64,000 nucleotides of DNA from Patescibacteria group bacterium (GTDB lineage Bacteria > Patescibacteriota > Microgenomatia > Levybacterales > UBA12049), in the NCBI GenBank assembly GCA_038063415.1, contig JBBTVD010000006.1, positions 9,948 through 73,947 on the forward strand, in the 5' to 3' direction. The notes under the pieces are model-generated. The model was not told where the DNA came from, ran no database searches, and was given only the letters and a program-made list of their open reading frames with translations. The position numbers and the translations under genes were made by a program. Below, piece by piece: positions 18,277 to 28,050 of this stretch (the first letter of the stretch is position 1; each line of letters begins with the position of its first letter).

Positions 18277-19953
18277 TTATAGTTCAATAGGTTTGCCATC
18301 TTTACCAACAATTGTTTCTCTAATTTTCTTATCTTTTCTTGGGTATTTCTTCAAAAACTCTTGATTCTCTGAAACCAGATAAATAGTGTAGTAAATCTGT
18401 CCTTTTTCATTCTTCAAGTCGCGACCTTTTAGCAACCCCTCTCTTTTTAATTTACCTCTTGTCGCAGGATGTACCCCAAAGTCTGATTCTATCTGCCAAT
18501 CTTGGAAGTAAATATTATCCTTGTCATATCTATGCTTTAGTGGAGGAATCACTCCTGATTTGATATTATTCCAGCAATTTCTGCACCACAAGCCATTTAG
18601 CGTCCACCAAATGTCTTTTCCATATGCTCCTTCACCACAAATTCCGCAAGAATACGGCCCTTTACCATCATCAAGGAAGAATCCTTCTGGCTCTTTCTCC
18701 AGCCTTCTTTTTCGTGTTGCTTCAATACCATCAAACTCTCCAGACATTTTTGCGAGCTGTACGAGATTATGGTTCGCATACTTAGCTCGCTTTTCTGGAT
18801 CTATTTTTGATTTAGAAGCTTTAACCTCTTTTTTAGCTCCTACCAACTCATGCAGATCTTCTTCTTGTTCGTACGCTTTCAGAGTGCCGGAGAGATATCC
18901 AATGCGGTAGCGTATCCCATCACTCATTAGTCTCCAATTGGTGTCTTCTAATGTGTCTTTCAGGAGCTTCTTGAGAGTTGCTTCACTTATATTAGGATTT
19001 CGTGTTGAATTAGCATCTAGAACATTAAAGGGAATCGTAACAAACCTTCCCATATCTGGTTTATCCAGCGTGAACTTAACATATTTTTCCTTCTCTAGTT
19101 TTTCAGTAAGCAGTTTCTCGACTTCAAGAACAGTTAACCTTTTTAGATTGACTGCCGTTTGGTAGGCTTTGTCATCGTATTTCTGTTTTTCTTCTTCATA
19201 TACCTCATGACCTACTTCCATGGCTTCAAGTGTTTCAACGTGTTCTATTCCATCCTTTTCATTTAAACAAAACTCTTCTCGATACTTCTCAAGAAGCTTT
19301 TTGCCTTCTTCGTCCTTACTCTTTTGCTCTTCCTTCCATTTTTTGTGTTCCTCATCATGTTTACCAAGATCCTCAATTTCAATTTTTGTATAACCACAGG
19401 CTTTGCATTTGTGTTTCCAAGTAATGATTTTGCCTTTTCGAGTAGCTATTATATCTATTTCTTCTTTGCACTTTGGACAAAGATCAGGTTTTGAAACGCG
19501 AATCTCACCATCGTCATATACCCACTGTTGTTTCTCGCAGTTACTGCATTTAAAAAGAAACATCATCCTTATGATTGGGCTGTCGTAAGTAGAGTCGAGA
19601 TGTTTTGTGATATTGAAATGCATCGGAGCATTACAGAGAGGACAGACAATACCTTCGGGAGTTGGAGTGTAATCTTGCTTATCTTGTTTTAACTTATCTT
19701 CTTCCATCCACTTCTGGATAGTTTCTTGCTTCTTCTCATACCTTTTGCCTTTTACAACAAGAAGCATTCGACTGAGCATGAGATTTACATCGTGTAACTT
19801 ATCTTCTTGGGAAATATCTTTTATTTCTTGGCTAGTTAGGCTTTTTTGATAAATATCCTGGAACATTTTTACCGTATCGAGGCATTCTTCAACGGTATGA
19901 AGATCGTAGCGATCTATATAGTGTTGCTCATCTTCCAGGTATTTCATTGGCAA
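18277..19953 (-). CDS. multi-zinc-ribbon hypothetical protein, first gene of the operon
   Basis: 558 aa with at least three CxxC...CxxC pairs (CPLC/CSNC, CPKC/CKAC, CGIC/CRNC) and charged coiled-coil-like linkers. No enzymatic motif recognised. Confidence 0.6.
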   Translation of the reverse strand: MPMKYLEDEQHYIDRYDLHTVEECLDTVKMFQDIYQKSLTSQEIKDISQEDKLHDVNLMLSRMLLVVKGKRYEKKQETIQKWMEEDKLKQDKQDYTPTPEGIVCPLCNAPMHFNITKHLDSTYDSPIIRMMFLFKCSNCEKQQWVYDDGEIRVSKPDLCPKCKEEIDIIATRKGKIITWKHKCKACGYTKIEIEDLGKHDEEHKKWKEEQKSKDEEGKKLLEKYREEFCLNEKDGIEHVETLEAMEVGHEVYEEEKQKYDDKAYQTAVNLKRLTVLEVEKLLTEKLEKEKYVKFTLDKPDMGRFVTIPFNVLDANSTRNPNISEATLKKLLKDTLEDTNWRLMSDGIRYRIGYLSGTLKAYEQEEDLHELVGAKKEVKASKSKIDPEKRAKYANHNLVQLAKMSGEFDGIEATRKRRLEKEPEGFFLDDGKGPYSCGICGEGAYGKDIWWTLNGLWCRNCWNNIKSGVIPPLKHRYDKDNIYFQDWQIESDFGVHPATRGKLKREGLLKGRDLKNEKGQIYYTIYLVSENQEFLKKYPRKDKKIRETIVGKDGKPIEL

Positions 19954-20195
19954 TAAAATCTCCAGAACTTATACACATAATCTAACACAAACGACCCTAT
20001 TTTTTAATGGTATTTCAACACGAATACCTGTTTTTTTAAAACCTTGTCAAGGGGTATTTTCATCAAACAATTCGAAAAAGTGAAATTCAGATTAGCCCAA
20101 TAAATCAAGCTATTCTCTATGTAACCCAGGTTGTCACCTAGCCCCCTCCTTGTCACGGGGGGTCAGCGAAATCGATGGTACATTTAGCTTAATCT

Positions 20196-21536
20196 ATGAA
20201 AAATATATCAATCCAAACAGTCGAAGTACCAATCAATGATTTAATCCCAGCTGATTACAATCCGCGCAAGCATGATGATATAGCAACAGAGCAACTCAAA
20301 CAAAGTATTACACGTTTCGGCCTTGTCGATCCAGTTATTGTCAACTCATCTCCAGATCGTAAGAACATTATTATTGGTGGGCACTTTAGATGGGAAGTAG
20401 CTAAAACACTTGAATATGAGACAGTCCCTGTAGTCTATGTCGATATTCCTGATCTTGAAAAAGAAAAGGAATTAAACCTTCGCCTCAATAAAAATACTGG
20501 TGAGTTTGATTGGGATCTACTCGCTAAATTTGATGAGTCATTTCTGACAGATGTTGGTTTCTCCAGTGGAGAACTTGATGGAATTTTTGATGTCGATGTA
20601 CCAGAAGAGTTTGACCTCGAAAAAGAACTTAAGAAATTAAATATCCAAAATATTAATACCCAAAAAGGTGATATATACGATTTGGACGGTAGCCGTCTTA
20701 TGTGTGGCGACTCAACAATAGAAGAAGACTTTCTAAAACTAATGAGTGGTGAGAAAGCGGACATGTGTATGACCGACCCACCATATATTTTGGACTACCT
20801 TCATGGCAAGAAAAAGCATGGCAAACCAATAACGGGCTTCGGTGCTAAAAGAGATAGAAGATATTTGGAAACAGACTCTCTCCCTCCTGATTTCACTGAA
20901 AAGTGGATGGGCAATATAAACAAGATTCAAAAAGAACATTTCAGCATTATTGTCTACGAAAACTGGAAAAACTTAAGGACTATCTGGGGTGAGATGGAAA
21001 AGTATTGGAAAGTGAAAAACATGATTGTCTGGCATCTGCCAAATAGACATCAGGGATTTTCAGCTAAATATAAATTCTTTTCCAAACATGATATCGCCAT
21101 GGTTGGTGCTTCTCCTGACAAAGATATTCCATTTAATCTCGAGGAGGAAATTGATGGACTCCAAGAAGAATATGAAACGGCTCTCTACGCCATCGCTGGA
21201 AAACCTCACTGGGAAGGCTACCAAAAAGGTAGGAAGAACCAACCAACTGATTTCATCGAATATGTGGCTTCAGACGAAAAACATTCCGGGCAAGGTGTGA
21301 TCTTTGGGACTAAACCAGTCGAGATTCTCATTCCCTATATAAAGATGCTCACAAAACGTGGAGATTTGGTTGTTGAGCCATTCTCGGGCAGTGGTAGCAC
21401 TCTCATTGCCTCGACCAAGATGAAGCGTCGTTGTTTCGGCATGGAAAAGTCTCCAGTATATGCGGAGGTCATCATCAAACGTTGGGAAAAGTTAACAGGC
21501 AAGAAACCCAAAAAAATATATGGACAAAACAATTGA
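20196..21536 (+). CDS. ParB-like nuclease domain fused to a DNA N6-adenine/N4-cytosine methyltransferase
   Basis: 446 aa. ParB N-terminal motifs (NPRKHD..., GGHFRWE). Methyltransferase motif IV DPPY (MTDPPYILDY) precedes motif I FSGSGST (beta-class order). Fusion typical of phages and plasmids. Confidence 0.8.
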   Translation: MKNISIQTVEVPINDLIPADYNPRKHDDIATEQLKQSITRFGLVDPVIVNSSPDRKNIIIGGHFRWEVAKTLEYETVPVVYVDIPDLEKEKELNLRLNKNTGEFDWDLLAKFDESFLTDVGFSSGELDGIFDVDVPEEFDLEKELKKLNIQNINTQKGDIYDLDGSRLMCGDSTIEEDFLKLMSGEKADMCMTDPPYILDYLHGKKKHGKPITGFGAKRDRRYLETDSLPPDFTEKWMGNINKIQKEHFSIIVYENWKNLRTIWGEMEKYWKVKNMIVWHLPNRHQGFSAKYKFFSKHDIAMVGASPDKDIPFNLEEEIDGLQEEYETALYAIAGKPHWEGYQKGRKNQPTDFIEYVASDEKHSGQGVIFGTKPVEILIPYIKMLTKRGDLVVEPFSGSGSTLIASTKMKRRCFGMEKSPVYAEVIIKRWEKLTGKKPKKIYGQNN

Positions 21537-21939
21537 AAAAAGACAGTCAAAAAATAAAGAACAATTGTTGGAGATATTAAAGAAGACTCCGATTGTTCAA
21601 ATCGCTTGCGAAAAAGCTGGAATTGGTCGAGCAACTTATTATCGTTGGAGAAAAGAAGATGCTGGATTTGCTCAGGTGAGCGATCAAGCACTTCTGGATG
21701 GAAACTTGCTTGTAAATGATATGGCAGAGAGCCAAATGATGAGTGCCATTAAAGACAAAAACATGACTGCTATCATATTTTGGCTTAAGCACCATCATCC
21801 TGCCTATGCAACCAAGATAGAAATCATGGCTTCAAATAAAAACCAAGACATAGTTCTTACCGACGAACAAAAAGAACTCTTAAACAAGGCATTAGAAATG
21901 GCGGCACTTATTCCGCCTCAAGAAAAAGATCATGAATGA
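21520..21939 (+). CDS. HTH protein, probably a terminase small subunit-like protein
   Basis: 139 aa. HTH IACEKAGIGRATYYRWRK. Overlaps the upstream gene and immediately precedes the large terminase. Confidence 0.5.
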   Translation: MDKTIEKRQSKNKEQLLEILKKTPIVQIACEKAGIGRATYYRWRKEDAGFAQVSDQALLDGNLLVNDMAESQMMSAIKDKNMTAIIFWLKHHHPAYATKIEIMASNKNQDIVLTDEQKELLNKALEMAALIPPQEKDHE

Positions 21940-23479
21940 ACAACAAAAGATAATTAAACAGATCCAAGAAAGTCCTGATTTTCGAAAAGCATTAACGCAG
22001 GAGAATTTTTATTGGTTCTTCACTACCTACTTTCCTCACTACATCACCTGTCCAACTGCTGATTTCCAAAAGGAAATCTTTAATCTTATCCAAAATGAGG
22101 AATTAGAAAAGATTTCTATTACCGCCTTTCGTGGCTCGGCTAAATCAACAATAGCAACCTTGGCACTACCTATCTGGGCAATGGTTGGTAAGCCAAGCAA
22201 GAAATATACCCTGCTTGTGAGTTTAACTCAGGGATTGGCAAAACAAATCCTTACCAATATAAAACAGGAACTTTCATCAAATGAACTGTTGATACGGGAT
22301 TTTGGACCATTCTCAGAAGTAGCCGATGAATGGCGATCCAATTCACTAGTGATCCCGCATTACAATGCTAGAGTTTCAGCTATATCTCAAAGCGAAAGAA
22401 TCAGAGGACTCAGGCATCGACAATACCGACCCGACCTTATTATCATCGATGATGTTGAGGACTTAGAATCAGTTAAGACGAGAGAAAGCAGAGATAATCT
22501 ATGGAACTGGTTTTCTGGTGAGATAAAGCCAATTGGAGATAGTGGCACTAGAATAATTACTGTAGGCAACCTGTTACATGAGGATTCGCTGATGATGCGA
22601 ATTAAGCAAAATATCCAAACAGGGGGAACGGGTGGTATTTATAAGGAATTTCCATTGTTAGACGATAACGGAAATATTGCTTGGCCTGGAAAGTTTCCAA
22701 CCATGGAACACATTGAAGCCAAAAGAAAAGAGATCGCTGATGAGTCAGCATGGTACCGAGAGTTCTTGTTAAAAATTATTGCTGACGAAGACCGAATTGT
22801 AAAAGGTTCTTGGATAAAATCCTACGACATTCTTCCTAGCTCTGATCGCTACCCAGCCAGACTTGTAGCAATTGGTGTTGACTTAGCTATTTCACTTTTG
22901 GAATGGGCGAACTTCACGGCCTTAGTTCCAGCGTATGTCGTGGGTTACGGTGACAATCTTCAAGTTTACATTTTGCCTTATATCTTAAACAAAAAATTAG
23001 ATTTCCCACAAACAATTCAGGCAATAAAAACACTGACCGAGCAACTTAAAGTAGGTTATAGACCATATCCTGTAGCTTACATAGAAAGTGTTGGCTATCA
23101 AAGTGCCGCAGCGCAACAACTGACAGTAGAACACGTACTTGCTGAGGAAGTGAGAATTCCACATATGGATAAGAGATCAAGACTATCCATAGTGTCTCCC
23201 CTTATTCAACAAGGGAAAGTATTTTTTCCAAGAACAGGTGCAGAAGTATTAATAGGTCAACTTGTAAATTTCGGTGTGGAGAAATACGATGATTTAGCGG
23301 ATGCTTTTACCTTGCTAATGGCAAAAGTCATAGAGTCAGACCGACCATCAAGCAGACGTAAACCGGGCGAAGTGTCTGCAACAGAACCTGATCCTCATCC
23401 TGGATTAACGTGGTCTTTGCAACACATGAATGATTTAGGATTTGATTTTGAACCAATTACACTTGATACGAAATTCTAA
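21932..23479 (+). CDS. terL: phage terminase large subunit
   Basis: 515 aa. Walker A-like AFRGSAKST, Walker B LIIIDDVED, C-terminal RNase-H-like nuclease region. Architecture of Terminase_6-type TerL. Confidence 0.8.
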   Translation: MNEQQKIIKQIQESPDFRKALTQENFYWFFTTYFPHYITCPTADFQKEIFNLIQNEELEKISITAFRGSAKSTIATLALPIWAMVGKPSKKYTLLVSLTQGLAKQILTNIKQELSSNELLIRDFGPFSEVADEWRSNSLVIPHYNARVSAISQSERIRGLRHRQYRPDLIIIDDVEDLESVKTRESRDNLWNWFSGEIKPIGDSGTRIITVGNLLHEDSLMMRIKQNIQTGGTGGIYKEFPLLDDNGNIAWPGKFPTMEHIEAKRKEIADESAWYREFLLKIIADEDRIVKGSWIKSYDILPSSDRYPARLVAIGVDLAISLLEWANFTALVPAYVVGYGDNLQVYILPYILNKKLDFPQTIQAIKTLTEQLKVGYRPYPVAYIESVGYQSAAAQQLTVEHVLAEEVRIPHMDKRSRLSIVSPLIQQGKVFFPRTGAEVLIGQLVNFGVEKYDDLADAFTLLMAKVIESDRPSSRRKPGEVSATEPDPHPGLTWSLQHMNDLGFDFEPITLDTKF

Positions 23480-23480
23480 A

Positions 23481-23894
23481 CTAAATTCCAAGAATCTGTT
23501 TCTTTTTCTGATCAAATTCTTCTTGAGACAAGATACCTTTTTCTTTTAACTCATTTAGTTTAACGAGCTCATCAGCATCGCTTGTCTGATGATTGTTTCC
23601 TGAGAAATGAGCTTGTGCGTCATATATAGCTTTTTGAACCTCTTTCTTTTTGGAAGTTGGTACGGCGTATTTCTTTCCTCCTGTTGTTTCTAAAGTTATT
23701 TTCCATATACCCATCATAGGTAGTTGAACGCTTGCTATCTGATTTATCGGAATACTTTGAGAACCAACTCCTGCCTTGAATTCAACTCTGTTGGGGAAAA
23801 TCTTAATCCAAAAGCCAGCATAGCTTGTTTCGTATAAAGGTTTTTCTCCGGTTTGTTGTTTATTTCCAAATAGTCCCATTTTGTTCACCTCCAA
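23481..23894 (-). CDS. hypothetical protein with a C-terminal SHOCT domain
   Basis: 137 aa. C-terminus ELVKLNELKEKGILSQEEFDQKKKQIL is the SHOCT signature. Confidence 0.6.
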   Translation of the reverse strand: MEVNKMGLFGNKQQTGEKPLYETSYAGFWIKIFPNRVEFKAGVGSQSIPINQIASVQLPMMGIWKITLETTGGKKYAVPTSKKKEVQKAIYDAQAHFSGNNHQTSDADELVKLNELKEKGILSQEEFDQKKKQILGI

Positions 23895-24004
23895 TCATAA
23901 GTTAATTGCTTAGTCCACCTTAGCATAAAATACCCCTGTATTCAAGGCTAAACTCTTAGTGTGGCTAAGTGGAGTAATGGTCAAGCGTTTTAGACAATAT
24001 ATAC

Positions 24005-24217
24005 ATGAGGAAAAACGCAACGCTTCCAAAAGCCATAGGGAAGAAAATCCAGAAGCGAAGAAAACAAATAGGGATTACTCAGGAGGAAGCCGCCGAAAGA
24101 GCAGGTATCAGCCGAGCCTATATGGGGTATATTGAACAAGGTAGACACGCTCCTTCTCTCGAAGTACTCCAAAAAGTAGCAAAAGCCCTCAAATCTTCCA
24201 TGAGTGACTTCGTTTAA
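24005..24217 (+). CDS. XRE-family HTH transcriptional regulator (paralog of 6402-6605)
   Basis: 70 aa, IGITQEEAAERAGISRAYMGYIEQGRHAPS. Confidence 0.75.
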   Translation: MRKNATLPKAIGKKIQKRRKQIGITQEEAAERAGISRAYMGYIEQGRHAPSLEVLQKVAKALKSSMSDFV

Positions 24218-24245
24218 GGAATTTCTCCTGTACTACCTAAATTTC

Positions 24246-24266
24246 GACCTTTTTGAGGTCTTTTTT
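24246..24266 (+). terminator. rho-independent terminator after the XRE gene
   Basis: gacct-ttttg-aggtc hairpin followed by tttttt. Confidence 0.5.
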
Positions 24267-24279
24267 CGTATAAAAATGG

Positions 24280-24308
24280 TTGAAAAAGCCTAGCTAACTC
24301 TATATAAT
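24280..24308 (+). promoter_or_regulatory. sigma70-type promoter (TTGAAA-N17-TATAAT) for the HTH_17/hsd operon
   Basis: ttgaaa at 24280-24285, 17-nt spacer, tataat at 24303-24308. Confidence 0.55.
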
Positions 24309-24319
24309 ATTGTTATCAA

Positions 24320-24508
24320 TTGGTAAGTAATGTTCATATGGAAAAACTACTAACAATCAAAGAGGCAGCTGAGATACTCAATGTCCACGCCAACACCCTA
24401 CGTTTGTGGGATAAAAAAGGCATTCTGGTAGCTGTGAGGATAGGAGAAAAGCGTACTAGACGTTATCGACAGTCAGATTTAGAAAAGTTTATTAGTCACA
24501 AGAAGTAA
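24320..24508 (+). CDS. HTH_17 (MerR/excisionase-family) DNA-binding protein (paralog of 6106-6288)
   Basis: 62 aa, LLTIKEAAEILNVHANTLRLWDKKGIL. True start may be the internal Met (MEKLL). Confidence 0.7.
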   Translation: MVSNVHMEKLLTIKEAAEILNVHANTLRLWDKKGILVAVRIGEKRTRRYRQSDLEKFISHKK

Positions 24509-24517
24509 TAATTAACT

Positions 24518-26032
24518 ATGGCAAAAAATAATAAAACAGAATCATTCGAAAAAACACTCTTTAAAGCTGCTGACAAGCTCAGAAAGAATATGGACGCGGC
24601 TGAATATAAGCATATTGTGCTTGGTTTGATTTTTCTAAAGTTTATCTCTGACTCTTTCGAAGAAATGTATATAAAATTGTCGGAAGGTAAAGGTGACTAT
24701 TCTGGAGCAGATCCCGAAGATGCTGATGAATATCGTGCAGAGAACGTCTTTTTTGTGCCTCAATTAGCTAGGTGGTCATATCTCTACTCTCGGGCAAAGC
24801 AACCTACAATTGGAACTGATATTGACTCAGCGATGGAGGCAATTGAAAAAGAAAATCCCACACTAAAAGGAATTCTTCCAAAAGTTTATGCTCGTCCCAA
24901 TCTTGATAAGACTGCTTTAGGTGGACTTTTGGACTTAATAGGAAATATTGCTCTTGGCGATACGGCTTCGAAGACTAAAGATTTACTCGGAAAAGTCTAT
25001 GAGTACTTCTTGGGTGAATTCGCACTTGCTGAAGGCAAAAAAGGCGGGCAGTTTTATACTCCACGTAGTGTTGTTCAAATCCTAGTAGAAATGCTTGAGC
25101 CATATAAAGGTCGTGTTTTTGATCCATGCTGTGGTAGCGGTGGAATGTTTGTTATGAGTGAAAAATTCGTTCAGTCGCATCAAGGAAAAATTGATGATAT
25201 TTCAATTTATGGTCAAGAAAGCAACCAAACAACTTATCGACTATGTCGAATGAATCTTGCCATTCGTGGCATTGATGGCTCTCAGGTTAAATGGAACAAT
25301 GAGGGATCATTCCTTAATAATGCACACAAAGATCTTAAGGCAGATTTTGTCATTGCTAATCCACCTTTTAATGACAGTGATTGGAGCGGTGAGCTACTTC
25401 AAAATGATGCTAGATGGAAGCATGGCACCCCCCCAGCTGGAAATGCTAACTATGCTTGGATTCAACACTTCTTATATCATCTTAGTCCTACTGGTAAAGC
25501 AGGTTTCGTTTTATCTAAAGGCTCCTTAACTACTAAAACTAGTAACGAAGGTGAAATAAGAAAAAATCTTATTGAATCAGATTTAGTTGACTGCATTGTC
25601 AATCTCCCAGCCAAGCTATTTCTTAACACACAAATTCCAGCTTGTTTGTGGTTTATGAATCGCAATAAAACTCAGAAAAAAGGAGAGATACTTTTTATTG
25701 ATGCTCGTAACCTTGGGCATTTAATTAATAGAAGAACACTGGAGCTATCAAATGAAAATATCCAGCAAATTTCCCAGACATATCATGATTGGAAAAATGG
25801 TAATGACTACGCAGATAAAGCAGGGTTTTGTAAATCTTCAACGATAGAGGATGTCAAAAAATTAGATTATGTTTTAACACCAGGTCGATATGTAGGGCTA
25901 CCTGATGAAGATGAAGAAATCAACTTCGAAGAGAAATTAGGTCAACTACGATCAGCTTTAAATGATCAAATTAACGAAGAGAATATCCTGAATAAAGAAA
26001 TTCTAGATAAACTTACAAAAATTAAGATATGA
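24518..26032 (+). CDS. hsdM: Type I restriction-modification methyltransferase subunit
   Basis: 504 aa. [19 protein letters not shown] (AdoMet motif I), VIANPPFN (motif IV). Confidence 0.9.
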   Translation: MAKNNKTESFEKTLFKAADKLRKNMDAAEYKHIVLGLIFLKFISDSFEEMYIKLSEGKGDYSGADPEDADEYRAENVFFVPQLARWSYLYSRAKQPTIGTDIDSAMEAIEKENPTLKGILPKVYARPNLDKTALGGLLDLIGNIALGDTASKTKDLLGKVYEYFLGEFALAEGKKGGQFYTPRSVVQILVEMLEPYKGRVFDPCCGSGGMFVMSEKFVQSHQGKIDDISIYGQESNQTTYRLCRMNLAIRGIDGSQVKWNNEGSFLNNAHKDLKADFVIANPPFNDSDWSGELLQNDARWKHGTPPAGNANYAWIQHFLYHLSPTGKAGFVLSKGSLTTKTSNEGEIRKNLIESDLVDCIVNLPAKLFLNTQIPACLWFMNRNKTQKKGEILFIDARNLGHLINRRTLELSNENIQQISQTYHDWKNGNDYADKAGFCKSSTIEDVKKLDYVLTPGRYVGLPDEDEEINFEEKLGQLRSALNDQINEENILNKEILDKLTKIKI

Positions 26033-27198
26033 ATAGCAATTCTAATAATATTTGGAGAGAATATCGGCTTGAAGAAGTTGTAGAAACTTTTATTGATTAT
26101 CGTGGAAAAACTCCAACTAAAACCGCATTTGGAGTGCCTCTTGTTACTGCAAAAATAATAAAGAATGGACGCTTACTCCAACCAAATGAATTTATAGATG
26201 AGAATTATTACAAAACTTGGATGACACGCGGCTTCCCAGAAAAAAATGACGTCTTATTAACTACAGAGGCTCCGCTTGGTGAAGTAGCATTGTTAAACAA
26301 TCCTAAGGTTGCATTGGGACAGAGGGTAATTACGATTCGTGGAAAAAAAGGATTTTGTGACAGCATATTTTTAAAATACTATTTCCAAAGTCCATTAGGA
26401 CAAAACTCTCTTTTATCTAGAGCGCAAGGTAGTACCGTTGAAGGAATTAAAGCGGCTGAACTTAAAAAGATGAAGATTCTGATGCCAAATTATGAAACCC
26501 AAATTGAATTATCCAGAGTATTATTTGTGCTTGACCAAAAAATTGACGTTCTTCTTGAGCAAAACAAAACTCTTGAGGATCTAGCGGAAACATATTTTCT
26601 TAAATTATTTGAAGCAGTCTCAGGCGAGAATTCTGGAACACTTGGTGACTACATTGATTTAGATCCTAAAGAAAAAATTAATCGCAACGAAGAATATCGT
26701 TTTTTTGATATGAAGACACTTTCCGAAAACTCTATGTCCATTGCAAACGGGCTGTATCGTATCGTAAATTCGGCATCTTCATTTAGAAATCTTGATACTT
26801 TATTAGCCAAAATTACGCCATGTTTAGAAAATGGAAAAACTGGTTTTGTCATGAATTTGGAAGATAATGAAGTTGCAAGAGGCTCAACAGAGTTTATTGT
26901 AATGAGGTCAAAAGGTTTAGTTAGTCCATATTGGATTTATTGTCTTGCCAGAAGCAAGAATTTTAGAGATGAAGCAATACAATCAATGACGGGTACGTCA
27001 GGTAGGCAGAGGGTTCAAACCTCACAGCTAAAAAATATTAAGGTTAGTTTTAATAAGAGAGACATGGAATCATTCAATGAGATGTGTAAAGGATTTTTTA
27101 ATAAGGTTAAAGAAAATTCTTCTCAAGTGCGCACATTGATAACTCTTAGAAACTTATTATTACCTAAACTAATGAGTACAGAGATTAGATTAAATTAA
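26029..27198 (+). CDS. hsdS: Type I R-M specificity subunit
   Basis: 389 aa with two target-recognition-like halves separated by conserved repeats. 4-bp overlap with hsdM. Confidence 0.8.
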   Translation: MNSNSNNIWREYRLEEVVETFIDYRGKTPTKTAFGVPLVTAKIIKNGRLLQPNEFIDENYYKTWMTRGFPEKNDVLLTTEAPLGEVALLNNPKVALGQRVITIRGKKGFCDSIFLKYYFQSPLGQNSLLSRAQGSTVEGIKAAELKKMKILMPNYETQIELSRVLFVLDQKIDVLLEQNKTLEDLAETYFLKLFEAVSGENSGTLGDYIDLDPKEKINRNEEYRFFDMKTLSENSMSIANGLYRIVNSASSFRNLDTLLAKITPCLENGKTGFVMNLEDNEVARGSTEFIVMRSKGLVSPYWIYCLARSKNFRDEAIQSMTGTSGRQRVQTSQLKNIKVSFNKRDMESFNEMCKGFFNKVKENSSQVRTLITLRNLLLPKLMSTEIRLN

Positions 27199-27204
27199 AT
27201 TAAT

Positions 27205-28050
27205 ATGGCAAATTTAAGTAGCGTTGATAAGGTTAAAATTGAAAGACTTTTCGGAATGGGAAGTGGTTATGTGTTGGATTTTTCTAACCGCTCACTTCAG
27301 GACTTTATTTTAACCTGCTGCAAAAAAGATATTTTTAATGATAGATATAATCAAGGGTCTGGGTCAAAAGCCAATCGGTTAAGAGCTTTTTGGGATGCCG
27401 AATTAGATAGTGTTGTTGGGAAAGTCTTAACTGAAATGTTGGAGTATTGGAGAACACAAAAAGCATATTCTGATACTGGTATTCCTAAGGGGGAAGAGAC
27501 ACTATACAAAGATTGTTTAGTTATCGCACAAAGATTATCTGGTAAGACTACTAAAACAGAAGTCACTGAGGAAGAATTTCTACAAAAAGAATATAAAATT
27601 ATTTCTGTATCTGCATTAAATATAGATGGAAATGTCGGCGATGTAGTTAAACAAAGAATCAAAGAAATTGATATATGTATGAAGGCAAAAGCACCCCTTG
27701 CCTCAATTTTTCTGGCGGGAAGCACCCTAGAAGGAATACTTTTAAGCACCGCTATTAGCAATCCAAAAGTTTTTAACCAGTCCACATCTGCACCTAAAGA
27801 TAAAGAAGGAAAGGTTTTAAAGTTGAATGAATGGAAATTAAGTCAGTTAATTGATGTCGCCTGCGAAATTGGCTATTTGGATTTAGATATTAAAAAATTT
27901 AGCCACTCACTGAGAGATTTTCGTAACTATATTCATCCTTATGAACAAGCTTTAGCTGGATTTAACCCAGATGATGATACTGCTCAGATATGCTGGCAGG
28001 TATTAAAGGCTGCCATATCAGATTTAGGCAAAAAACAAACAACACTATGA
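27205..28050 (+). CDS. hypothetical protein embedded between hsdS and hsdR (possible HEPN-like motif)
   Basis: 281 aa. C-terminal [13 protein letters not shown] loosely fits Rx4-6H(xY). Contains AQRLSGKTT, a possible degenerate P-loop. Position is analogous to prrC-type genes inserted in hsd loci. Stop overlaps the hsdR start (ATGA). Confidence 0.55.
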   Translation: MANLSSVDKVKIERLFGMGSGYVLDFSNRSLQDFILTCCKKDIFNDRYNQGSGSKANRLRAFWDAELDSVVGKVLTEMLEYWRTQKAYSDTGIPKGEETLYKDCLVIAQRLSGKTTKTEVTEEEFLQKEYKIISVSALNIDGNVGDVVKQRIKEIDICMKAKAPLASIFLAGSTLEGILLSTAISNPKVFNQSTSAPKDKEGKVLKLNEWKLSQLIDVACEIGYLDLDIKKFSHSLRDFRNYIHPYEQALAGFNPDDDTAQICWQVLKAAISDLGKKQTTL

